Positions 40,867 through 49,954 of a stretch of DNA of 64,000 nucleotides are shown piece by piece. The DNA lies in IMG/VR virus record IMGVR_UViG_3300021400_000095; one strand, 5' to 3'. Positions within the stretch are counted from its first letter, which is position 1, and every line of letters starts with the position of its first letter. This DNA comes from a virus. Its lineage: Duplodnaviria > Caudoviricetes. The notes beneath the pieces are model-generated. The model saw only the letters and a program-made list of their open reading frames with translations, made no database searches and was not told the origin of the DNA. Both the position numbers and the translations under genes were made by a program.

Positions 40867-43566
40867 TTACCAGTTACTATCAAATCTTGGGTCTAACATT
40901 TTTGGCTGTTTATCAACCATTATTTTTTTAACCCTAACCTTATTTTCTTCTTTCTTTGTTTCAAATGTTTTTTCAGCCTTTGTTGGTTCTTCTTTGACCT
41001 TGTTCTTATTTAGTAATTCTAATGCCTTTATCTTTGCTTTATTTTGATTTTCAACCAAAATATTCAATGTTGTATTAACAGGTGCTTGTATTGTTTCACC
41101 TGAAACATCAATGTCATTATAAACATCTTCATTCCCATTATATACATAGTTGAAATCAGTATCAATTTCATAATAACTGTTTGTAACCTTTTTTATTACA
41201 GCTTCTTCCTTCTTTTTTAATTTCATTGTTACTTTATTAACAAAATTAAGGTTTTCTTTTCTTATCTTTGACCTGAAATTTGTTTCCTTTGCAACAGTTA
41301 AATTAGTGTCATGAATTCTTCTCCTAAATAATACTTTGTCTATTTTAATATGTTTAAAGAATTTTTTAGCCCTTACTTCAAAATCAGTATCAGCTGAACA
41401 TGACCAAGGTCTATAACCACCAAGATAATCAAACACATCATGTTTAACATACATTTGTCCACCTGCAATTTGTGTTGATGTACTTCTTCCAAAATTTTTC
41501 ATTTTGAAATTAACAAATTCAGCATCACCTTTTTTCTTCATAATGGTTTCAACCATTTCAGTTAACATAACATCATCAGCATCAAATCTAATTAAACCAT
41601 CATATTTTGCAAGTGACATTATTGTATTGGTTGTAATATATGTTCCCTTGTTTTCTGTCATCATAAAAACCCTTAGGTTTCTATATTTGTTCATTATTGT
41701 TTTTACATATTCAAGTGTTTCCTCACAACCATCAATTCCAAGTAGAACTTCCCAATTGTCATGTGTATTAAACCATGTTTGTGCCTCAACAGAATCAAGA
41801 CATTCTTTAATGAATTTTTTTGCTTTATATGCTGTTATACAAATGGAAACACCACTTTCATAAACATTATCCATTTTAATTTTGTTTGTCTTTACTATTT
41901 TATTGTTTTTAACCCTATCCAAAAATTCTTTATTTGTTATTTCAATTGGACAAGCATCAACCAAAGCATTTAAATCAACCATTGTTCCTGCCTTATATTC
42001 TTGCAAATATTTCATTGCTTTTTCAATGGTGAAAAACTTATCCATTCTTACAGCATTCTTTCTATCCAAACCTATTGATTGGAAAAAATCATGGAATTTT
42101 ATATCAAATATGCTTTTTAATGTAATATCAACCCATAAATTTGGCACACCATATGCTTCTGCCATAATAATTCCATGCAATGATTCAGATATAATATAAT
42201 CACAAGAAAGTATTTCATCAATTACTTGTAACCAATTATTATATCCTGACATCTTTATTACATGAACACCCTTTTTCTGAGAAAAACTTTTTACAATAGA
42301 ACTATTAAGTGATGACCAATGTGGAATTAGCCCAATCTTATATTTCTTTTCAACAATTGGATAGTAATAATATGGTAATAATAAACTTGGGTCACCATAT
42401 ATCTCAGGACATTCAACACCCTTCTTTAATAAAAACTCCCTTGTTAATGGACCTCTTACTGCACATACTTTCTTTGGTGATTCATCCCATTTGGTATTTG
42501 GTATCTGTATTCCAGCACCCCAAACAATACTGTTACTGTCTATAAAATTACTGGTTAAAATTGACCCTATAAATGTATAATTCTCCCTGCCAGTTTCTTG
42601 ATAATCCACTAACTTCTTATCAAATAACTTTTGTAAGAAATAAAAATTAATATCATCCCCCCAATTATTATTAATCAACTTACCATTATTGTCTCTCTGT
42701 GTCCATGTATTAATTTTTATTAAATTTTCATTACAATCAATTTTTAATCTTTTTGCAAAATCAACCTTTTCTTTTGTCTTTTTGTTATACATAAAAAAAT
42801 AATCAAGGTCAAGCCTATCTTTCCCACCATTCATGTACTTTGTTGGCCATAACCTCACCATCTTCTTGGTAACATATTCTTCTATTGTCTTAAATCTATA
42901 GTGATTCAACCAAGCACCCTTCCAAACAGGAATGTCACCTAATTTAATTGCAATCCTACATTTTTCACCAACAGCATTGACAGTTGGTACATTTAAAAAA
43001 CAATGTGGACTTGTAACCTTAAAATCCTTGATGTTTGTTCTGATTATTGATTTTGCTTGTGTGTTTGATATTATTGCATGTTGAACAGGTATCTTATTTT
43101 CAAGACAAAATTTCTTATCAAAAACTTCAGTGAACCTCTTTATTGAATAATTGTTGTTTTTTACAGTTAATAAATTATTATCTGTAAATTGCTTCCAACC
43201 AATCCTGATACACTTTGCTTTGTCAAATTTCTTTTGACTGACAAACTCTTGAATTGTTTCTGATTTGTCAAATTCTATAAATTCATCAATATCCCAAAAA
43301 CAAATCCAATCATATTTATCTTTATATTCATGATAACAAGAATTATAAGAAGGAATTTGTGCTAATTCCTTCCCTCTCCAATTTTTTAATATTACATAAC
43401 CTGATTCAATATAATCCCCAATAACATCTTCAAAATGTTCACCATCAATGTCATTGTTGTCATATAAAACAATATTATTGAAACCAAGATTCTTGTGGTA
43501 TTCTACCCATTCTCTAATGTAATTGTTCTCTAATTTCCCAATACCACATAATAAAACCCTGCACAT
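40867..43566 (-). CDS. tri-domain glycosyltransferase / polysaccharide pyruvyltransferase / GT2 fusion
   Basis: N-terminal GT-A (WDIDEF); middle NWGD...IGSIL...VWGAG...AVRGPLT...GDP.LL...SLHGII.AEAYGVP; C-terminal GT2 (SICITAY, RFDADD, SADTDF); ATG at 43566. Confidence 0.85.
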   Translation of the reverse strand: MCRVLLCGIGKLENNYIREWVEYHKNLGFNNIVLYDNNDIDGEHFEDVIGDYIESGYVILKNWRGKELAQIPSYNSCYHEYKDKYDWICFWDIDEFIEFDKSETIQEFVSQKKFDKAKCIRIGWKQFTDNNLLTVKNNNYSIKRFTEVFDKKFCLENKIPVQHAIISNTQAKSIIRTNIKDFKVTSPHCFLNVPTVNAVGEKCRIAIKLGDIPVWKGAWLNHYRFKTIEEYVTKKMVRLWPTKYMNGGKDRLDLDYFFMYNKKTKEKVDFAKRLKIDCNENLIKINTWTQRDNNGKLINNNWGDDINFYFLQKLFDKKLVDYQETGRENYTFIGSILTSNFIDSNSIVWGAGIQIPNTKWDESPKKVCAVRGPLTREFLLKKGVECPEIYGDPSLLLPYYYYPIVEKKYKIGLIPHWSSLNSSIVKSFSQKKGVHVIKMSGYNNWLQVIDEILSCDYIISESLHGIIMAEAYGVPNLWVDITLKSIFDIKFHDFFQSIGLDRKNAVRMDKFFTIEKAMKYLQEYKAGTMVDLNALVDACPIEITNKEFLDRVKNNKIVKTNKIKMDNVYESGVSICITAYKAKKFIKECLDSVEAQTWFNTHDNWEVLLGIDGCEETLEYVKTIMNKYRNLRVFMMTENKGTYITTNTIMSLAKYDGLIRFDADDVMLTEMVETIMKKKGDAEFVNFKMKNFGRSTSTQIAGGQMYVKHDVFDYLGGYRPWSCSADTDFEVRAKKFFKHIKIDKVLFRRRIHDTNLTVAKETNFRSKIRKENLNFVNKVTMKLKKKEEAVIKKVTNSYYEIDTDFNYVYNGNEDVYNDIDVSGETIQAPVNTTLNILVENQNKAKIKALELLNKNKVKEEPTKAEKTFETKKEENKVRVKKIMVDKQPKMLDPRFDSNW

Positions 43567-43581
43567 GCAAATATATTTTAT

Positions 43582-43590
43582 TATAAATAT
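43582..43590 (-). promoter_or_regulatory. late-type motif ATATTTATA heading the glycan operon
   Basis: Shares the TATTTATA core with the structural-gene motif; 16 nt upstream of ATG and downstream of a terminator. Confidence 0.45.
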
Positions 43591-43605
43591 ATTTAAAATA
43601 TAACA

Positions 43606-43631
43606 AAAAACAAGCATAACTGCTTGTTTTT
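43606..43631 (-). terminator. intrinsic terminator after nrdG
   Basis: AAAAACAAGCA-taac-TGCTTGTTTTT. Confidence 0.75.
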
Positions 43632-43639
43632 CTTGTTTT

Positions 43640-44152
43640 TTAAGTGTTTTTTTTCCAAAACTTACTTGTTATGTCTTTCCACCCTTTCCTCACAACACCA
43701 TCAACTATGCAATACCATGAAAAATATTGTCCACCATAATACATTCTTTGATTTGTTGTTTCTTTATTAAGTGGTCCTGATGATTCAACATATGGCCCAA
43801 TTTTAAGATAATTCAAATTATCCCAATAAAAATCATCATCAATCTTTTCAGAACCAGAATAAAGCCCTATCTTTAAATTAGGATGTTTTTCTTTTATATA
43901 TAAAATTGCTTCTTTTAATGATTTTGGGTCATTTCCTTCACCCATAAAACAAAAACATGTAATTCCATCATTTTTTTCTATAAGGCTGTCTATGGCCTTA
44001 AAATTAAGTTCCTCACCAATATCTTTTCTTAAATATGGACTATGACAACCTTTACAATGATGTGGACAATTACTGATATTTACAGCCAATGTAATCTCAT
44101 CAGGAATCTCTGAAAAAACTACTGTTGTTTCTTCTTTAATATACTTAACCAT
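43640..44152 (-). CDS. nrdG: anaerobic ribonucleotide reductase activating protein (radical SAM)
   Basis: VFSEIPDEITLAVNISNCPHHCKGCHSP (CxxxCxxC), KIGPY, TTNQR; near nrdD. Confidence 0.92.
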   Translation of the reverse strand: MVKYIKEETTVVFSEIPDEITLAVNISNCPHHCKGCHSPYLRKDIGEELNFKAIDSLIEKNDGITCFCFMGEGNDPKSLKEAILYIKEKHPNLKIGLYSGSEKIDDDFYWDNLNYLKIGPYVESSGPLNKETTNQRMYYGGQYFSWYCIVDGVVRKGWKDITSKFWKKNT

Positions 44153-45098
44153 TATTAATATTGTTTAGCAAAAACTCATGAAAAAATAAAGAACCATTCC
44201 TTGAAATATCCTTTAGAGATTCATTTGATATTGTCTTCATCTTAATCATTTCCTTATTAATATTAACTTTTAATCCATATCCAACAAATGCTTTATTAAT
44301 AAAATCAATGTCCTTGTTAGACAAATTATTGCACATATTATTAATTATTAAAAATGTCTGATATGATTCAGTTTTAATTAAACTTTCTTTATATAACTTT
44401 AACAAATAATCATATTTTGCTTCATTGGAAAACCTTTTTATTTTGTTCTTAATAATTTCTAATCTACTTTCAGGAAAAAGTTCCAACAATTGAGTATATG
44501 TGGATGACACTATTGATTGCCTTTCATGATAATAGCAAGCATACATTGCATATGCAAAATTCCTTATCAATTCATTTCTTTCATTCTCAATAATTGTTTT
44601 TATCCCACCATACCAAGATACAATATCAATATTTTTATCATTTGAAATCCTTTTGTTAAAAATGTTTCCATGCATTAATTCATGATTTACAATAGAAACA
44701 ATTTTATTAAAGATTTGTTTACTATCAAATGATAACCTATCAAACTGACTTAAATAAAGTGTGAACTCCAAATCTGTCAATATAATATCATCACCAATAA
44801 TATTACCTCTTGGCATTGTACTGGCATAGGTTTTCCCAACCAAATCTTTAGTTATCACTAAAACCAAATGTACAGGTATTTTTTCACCATCAATCTCAAT
44901 TTCAAAATCTCTTTTATGTTCATTGTTGTTTACCATATCAACAAATTCTTTAGTAATAGACTTTGCAACTTCTGGCTGTTTATTAAATGAACCAAGAGCC
45001 TCATTAACAAAAGAAATCTCCTTTTCAAAAACTTCCTTTATTAATATGTTTTTTATTTTGTTTTCATTAAAAAATGGTGGTACAATATAACTATTCAT
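44145..45098 (-). CDS. hypothetical protein with HExxH motif (putative metalloprotease)
   Basis: IVNHELMHG plus downstream YHE; ATG at 45098 overlaps the nrdD stop. Confidence 0.6.
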   Translation of the reverse strand: MNSYIVPPFFNENKIKNILIKEVFEKEISFVNEALGSFNKQPEVAKSITKEFVDMVNNNEHKRDFEIEIDGEKIPVHLVLVITKDLVGKTYASTMPRGNIIGDDIILTDLEFTLYLSQFDRLSFDSKQIFNKIVSIVNHELMHGNIFNKRISNDKNIDIVSWYGGIKTIIENERNELIRNFAYAMYACYYHERQSIVSSTYTQLLELFPESRLEIIKNKIKRFSNEAKYDYLLKLYKESLIKTESYQTFLIINNMCNNLSNKDIDFINKAFVGYGLKVNINKEMIKMKTISNESLKDISRNGSLFFHEFLLNNINNG

Positions 45099-47463
45099 TG
45101 TCAATATTGGTTATATCTGTGTATACTCTTGTCTTTTGCTCAATCTGTCTTCCATCTGACCAATTCTTAACCTTTGTTAAATAACCTATAATTCTATCCC
45201 AAAGGCTGACATTAGTACTTCCACAATGAGGGCATTTTTCAAATGGTTGTTTTGCAATAAAACCACAATTTTCACATTGGCAATTTGGAATGTTAAATGT
45301 TAGATATGAACATCCATTTTCAGCAGCATATTTTAGTATTTTCTCATATTGTGCTTTTGATAAGTGTGCATCAAGATTTAAATGTGCTGCACTACCACCA
45401 TCCAAATAATCACCAATATAGTTTTTGCCCATTAATCTAATCTTTTCAAAAACACTGAGATTTTCATTTGGTTTATAAACATAACTTGCATACAAATTAG
45501 TATCATTTGGAACCCAGTAACCATCTTCTTTATCCCAATTATAATTCTTTACTGCAAGTGATTCAGCAGGAACTTGTTCAGTATTAAAAGTAATTTTGTG
45601 CTTTTCATCTGTAACTTTATGTAAAGTATTTTGTTCCTTAATGTTACCAAAAATGTTTTGGCAGAATTTTGCATAAGCATCATTATCTGTACACTTTAAA
45701 CCAAGGAATTCTGCTGCTTGATTCAAACCATTTAAACCAATTGTTAAATACTGTTTGTTAAGGTCAATAAAACCAGCTTTATAAACAGGCAATAGGTTGG
45801 AATCATACATGTCCCATAATAGTTCATTATATGCAGTATGATATTTATAAACTCTTTCAAGAATTTTGTTTAAATATGATTTCAAACTACTATAATCTGA
45901 ATCAGAACCACTAAAAACAAAATCATTGTTCTTTTCCTTCCTTGAATTGAACCAATCCTGAGTAATTCTATTAAGATTTAATGTTATAACAGACTTAGAA
46001 CCTGTCTGTACACCAATATTACCATTAGTAAAGTTAAATTCTTTGGTTTGTATCTTGTTTTTTAATCTGCAACATGAACTGAGGCTGTCAACAGAATCAC
46101 TTATATAAGTAAAGAAACTATGACCTCTTGCATATTCCTCACAGACAAAATTAAACATTTCCTCATCTTCAAATTTTCCATCTTTATAAAGAAGTGTAAA
46201 AGATTCAACAGGGAATGTTAACAAACACTTAAGTCTTTCATTGTTAAACCACATCATGAACTCTTTTTCAACCCACTTAAGGCTTTCCCAATCAGGTTGT
46301 GTTCCATCAGGAAAATAGAAATTACCAAACATACCATCAAAGAATGGCTTATCAAAATAAGAAAAATTCACGAAGGCGGATTGATAACCCCTTGCTGCTG
46401 CTGGTTGAGAAATGGTATAAACAATTTGCTGCCAATATTGATGTATTTGTCCCTTTATTGTTCTTGTCCCATCACCAAATTTAAGTATATAGTTAGGGTC
46501 TTCTTTAATGTGTTCACAATAATCCTTTAATTCATCTTCAGTCAATGGTCTTTCACTTTCATAAACAAGTTCATCTCTTAATTTATTTAACTCATCACTA
46601 CCAAAATCATGTTCTGCAAGTTCTTTTACATTATTAGTCCAATAGTGTGATTCATTAAGTAACTTTCTTAGTTTATAACCAATTTTATAAAATGAATTTG
46701 ATTCTTTATAAAAATCATCACCCCATTCTTTCTTACAGAAATAGGTAAAATATAATAGAGATTCAGAAGTAGCAACAGCACCTGCAAATTGTGAAGAAAT
46801 TGCAAAAATAAGATTGCAATACATTCCACAATATGAATCAATATTCTTTGGTTCAGCAGAAAGACCACCAATGTTCTTAAGACCATTTGTTAAAAATGGA
46901 TACATTGTTAAAGAAACACAATATGGTGCAATTGCTCCAGCAAAAGAAGATTCATCATGTTTGTATATAATATGATTTTCCAAATCTTTTACATAATTCT
47001 TAGCATTAAAAGTAGGGTACAAATCTTTCAATTTACCCATTATCATTTTTCTGCTAATTTGAAGATTCTCTTCTTTGTGTATTTCAGCATTTAATACACC
47101 AATATTTTTGTTTGCAACATTTGAATTATCATCAATAGTTGCATTTGCTGTATTGGTTGCTTTCTTGTAATTATTAATAAAATTAATTTTTCTTTCTACA
47201 AAATTTTCAATCTCTTCTTTCTTGTTTTTTACTGACCTATATGCATTTAAAAGTCTATCATCTCTTTCACTAAACCTCTCTTCTAATTGCTTTCTAATTG
47301 AGGAACATAAAATGCCATCATATATATACAAACTATCAACAATTTCCTTTGCACATTCTGCATTACATTCAACACCAGCAGTATTAAAAACCTTTTTAAT
47401 AATATTTATCAACTTCCTTCTACTAAATTCCTCATAGGAGCCATCACTTTTTCTAACATCCAT
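45091..47463 (-). CDS. nrdD: class III anaerobic ribonucleoside-triphosphate reductase with N-terminal ATP cone
   Basis: VRKSDG..EEF, IYKHD, PYC, LTFPV, SCCRL, PAESLA, CxxC...CxxC, glycyl loop RIIGYL. Confidence 0.96.
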   Translation of the reverse strand: MDVRKSDGSYEEFSRRKLINIIKKVFNTAGVECNAECAKEIVDSLYIYDGILCSSIRKQLEERFSERDDRLLNAYRSVKNKKEEIENFVERKINFINNYKKATNTANATIDDNSNVANKNIGVLNAEIHKEENLQISRKMIMGKLKDLYPTFNAKNYVKDLENHIIYKHDESSFAGAIAPYCVSLTMYPFLTNGLKNIGGLSAEPKNIDSYCGMYCNLIFAISSQFAGAVATSESLLYFTYFCKKEWGDDFYKESNSFYKIGYKLRKLLNESHYWTNNVKELAEHDFGSDELNKLRDELVYESERPLTEDELKDYCEHIKEDPNYILKFGDGTRTIKGQIHQYWQQIVYTISQPAAARGYQSAFVNFSYFDKPFFDGMFGNFYFPDGTQPDWESLKWVEKEFMMWFNNERLKCLLTFPVESFTLLYKDGKFEDEEMFNFVCEEYARGHSFFTYISDSVDSLSSCCRLKNKIQTKEFNFTNGNIGVQTGSKSVITLNLNRITQDWFNSRKEKNNDFVFSGSDSDYSSLKSYLNKILERVYKYHTAYNELLWDMYDSNLLPVYKAGFIDLNKQYLTIGLNGLNQAAEFLGLKCTDNDAYAKFCQNIFGNIKEQNTLHKVTDEKHKITFNTEQVPAESLAVKNYNWDKEDGYWVPNDTNLYASYVYKPNENLSVFEKIRLMGKNYIGDYLDGGSAAHLNLDAHLSKAQYEKILKYAAENGCSYLTFNIPNCQCENCGFIAKQPFEKCPHCGSTNVSLWDRIIGYLTKVKNWSDGRQIEQKTRVYTDITNIDNE

Positions 47464-47499
47464 ATATTATATAATTTAAAAATTTATTTTAAAAAAATT

Positions 47500-47585
47500 T
47501 ACCTTTCAAGAAAGAAAGGTAGATAAAATAAATAGGGGAAAATTTATAATAATTCTAAGAAAATCCAGGTAATTTTCCCCTATTT
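47500..47585. repeat. two inverted repeats upstream of nrdD
   Basis: TACCTTTC-6-GAAAGGTA (47500-47521) and 15-bp AAATAGGGGAAAATT-26-AATTTTCCCCTATTT (47530-47585). Confidence 0.8.
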
Positions 47586-47630
47586 TTTCTAACAATTTAT
47601 GGGTCAAGACTTTTTATTTGAAAAAAAAAA

Positions 47631-49067
47631 TTACTTTTTTGATTTATCTTTTTTCACTTCACCTTGGAGGAATTGAATGGTTTCAATAGTATTTCTATTA
47701 TTGATTTCTTCCTGTTCATCTTCCCATTGTTTAAAGGAATCAAGTTCTTCAACATCATCACATCTAATAATACTTTTTCCATTATCAAAGTAGATGTTTT
47801 TGAACAATTTAGCACCTTTACCTGACCTATTTTTAAGTAATGCAAGTGTTGCTCTATTTTGTTCTCTATCTTCAAGTGTTCTTGCAATTGAAATAATAAC
47901 TTGTGCAACCTGTCCCTTTTTAATTGACCCACCAGCCTTATCAACAGTAACAATATCTGATACAATACTATCTTTATTACCTTGTGTTGGAATCCATATT
48001 GCAATATCAAGTTCCTTTGCAATAGTTTCAAGTTTTCTCATTGTAATTCCTTCTCTTGTCCACTCAGTATCAGTTGCAAAGCCACCTTTTTCATGAGCAA
48101 GACATTCAAAATAATCAATTGTTACCAAGTCAGGTTTAAAACCTCTATTTGTTAATTTAACAATGAAGTTTTTAATGTCAGTTGCTGACATTTCACCTGT
48201 CTTAAATGATTTAAGCCTAAGGTTTTTATTAATTTCATCAATATCTGGATGGTGTGAAAGAATTTCAAGGACATTTTCTTTATCTTCATCACTAAGTCTC
48301 TTGAATTCCATTGCTTCCTTATCAGCAAGTCTTGAAAAATGTTTTCTTGTTATATCAACATCATCATCCTCAAAATAAATTTGCAATGTCTTCCACCCAT
48401 GAGCAGCAGCAGATGATGCAAATGCTGTAGTAAGTGTTGTCTTGCCAGTCCCTAATGGTGCTATAATAAGACCAATTTTACCCTTATCAAGACCACCACC
48501 AAGTACATCATCAAGTTTATCAATACCTGTTGGAATTGACACAGTATAGTCAGCAGAAAGGGCTTTTTCTTTCAAATCAAGGATTGAATAACCATAGTCA
48601 TCAATTGCACTTGGAGCAATTGCTTCTTCAATCATTTTTTGACATTCATCAAACTGTTCAATATCACCACTCCCTACTTTTTCAAGCATTTTATTTGCTG
48701 CCTTAATTAGTTTTTGTTGCTTGAAAAATTTGAGGGCATTCTCCTTTACAGTAGAACAACCCTCAGTGTCCATTTTTTTAAATTTATCAATCAGTTCTTC
48801 ATATTCTCTAATTTGTATTTCATCAGATGCTTTTGACCTAAGGATAATATCAATTGTTTCATAAGATGGAACAACATTTTCTTTATTATAATAATCTTTA
48901 ATTGTTCCAACAAATGTTTTTAGTAGGATATCAGTGAAACAATTTTGGTCAACAATATTAGAGATTTCATTAAAAAAATGATGGTCTTCAATCAAGTATT
49001 TTACAAGTTTATATTGGAAATCAATACCAAGATAGCCCAATGTACTTTTATCAATACTTTTTCCCAT
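47631..49067 (-). CDS. dnaB: replicative DNA helicase (DnaB/T4 gp41-like)
   Basis: IPTGIDKLD..LGGGL, Walker A APLGTGKT, IDY, IWIPTQ, LKNR.G. Confidence 0.9.
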   Translation of the reverse strand: MGKSIDKSTLGYLGIDFQYKLVKYLIEDHHFFNEISNIVDQNCFTDILLKTFVGTIKDYYNKENVVPSYETIDIILRSKASDEIQIREYEELIDKFKKMDTEGCSTVKENALKFFKQQKLIKAANKMLEKVGSGDIEQFDECQKMIEEAIAPSAIDDYGYSILDLKEKALSADYTVSIPTGIDKLDDVLGGGLDKGKIGLIIAPLGTGKTTLTTAFASSAAAHGWKTLQIYFEDDDVDITRKHFSRLADKEAMEFKRLSDEDKENVLEILSHHPDIDEINKNLRLKSFKTGEMSATDIKNFIVKLTNRGFKPDLVTIDYFECLAHEKGGFATDTEWTREGITMRKLETIAKELDIAIWIPTQGNKDSIVSDIVTVDKAGGSIKKGQVAQVIISIARTLEDREQNRATLALLKNRSGKGAKLFKNIYFDNGKSIIRCDDVEELDSFKQWEDEQEEINNRNTIETIQFLQGEVKKDKSKK

Positions 49068-49069
49068 AA

Positions 49070-49876
49070 TTACCTCTTACTTTTCTTAGATAACTTTGTC
49101 ATCCCATCATAAGAAAGGCCATAAAGTTTGCAAAGTTCACTAAAACTCTGTTTGTTACTATAAACTTTATCTCCATAAACTTCCTTCAAGGTATAATCAT
49201 TTGAATCCTTATAGGAACAGACAGTACAAATATCTCTGATAAGTCCCCAAACAAGGTCATTTCTACCTTTTACAATACAATAGTCAAGATATTGTTCAAA
49301 ATTAAGTCTTGAAATGTCTTCAATATCCTGTCTACCCTTCTTATTAGAAAGGTCTATAGAATTCCTAATATATCTTGGATAAACACCTTCCCAAATTCTA
49401 GTACAAACTTCTCTACCATCAACAAGGAATGCAAACTTATAAGTTACCCTGTCATCATCAGTCAATTCAGAATTAAGTTCACCATCATCAAATTTGAATG
49501 ACAGCATGTGTGGCATTCCATCCTTTCCCCAAGCATAATCAAACTGTGAACCCTTAACAACAATTCCATGTCCAATATGCATTCTTTCACAATTCCTTTT
49601 ATTTTCAAAATAGGAATTCATTTCATCAACACTATTGAAATACATTGGAGCAAAGATTTCCAAATAATCAATAGTCTTAGACTTAAGTTCATTATCAATA
49701 ATATTAACACAATTGTTAATAGTATCAGTTAATTCACTAGAATAGAGTGAATCCCAATTGAAGTTGTTAATTTTAAAGTACCTTTGACAAATAATATTGT
49801 CACCAACAGTCAATTTAAATTCAAACCTTTCTTTGTAGTCCTTTGCCTGAATAGGCTGTTTTCTTAAATCAATCAT
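49070..49876 (-). CDS. hypothetical phage protein
   Basis: 268 aa ORF behind a host-type promoter. Confidence 0.8.
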   Translation of the reverse strand: MIDLRKQPIQAKDYKERFEFKLTVGDNIICQRYFKINNFNWDSLYSSELTDTINNCVNIIDNELKSKTIDYLEIFAPMYFNSVDEMNSYFENKRNCERMHIGHGIVVKGSQFDYAWGKDGMPHMLSFKFDDGELNSELTDDDRVTYKFAFLVDGREVCTRIWEGVYPRYIRNSIDLSNKKGRQDIEDISRLNFEQYLDYCIVKGRNDLVWGLIRDICTVCSYKDSNDYTLKEVYGDKVYSNKQSFSELCKLYGLSYDGMTKLSKKSKR

Positions 49877-49920
49877 TTTTATATATATTAAAAATTAAAC
49901 ATAGTTTCTTATTTTCAAAG

Positions 49921-49951
49921 CAAATATATAAAATTATATTTTAAAAACAAA
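49921..49951 (-). promoter_or_regulatory. Bacteroidota sigma70 promoter TTTG-N19-TATATTTG
   Basis: Exact consensus on the minus strand. Confidence 0.7.
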
Positions 49952-49954
49952 ATC

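Noticed and set aside
33719-43566. Glycan cluster as a misassembled bacterial CPS/O-antigen locus
   Set aside because: It shares the phage's CG/GATC depletion, strand and packing, lacks wzx/wzy/transport genes, and is contiguous with the baseplate and nrd genes.
45091-49067. Intein or group I intron in nrdD or the helicase
   Set aside because: Reading frames are continuous and no splicing or LAGLIDADG/HNH motifs were seen.
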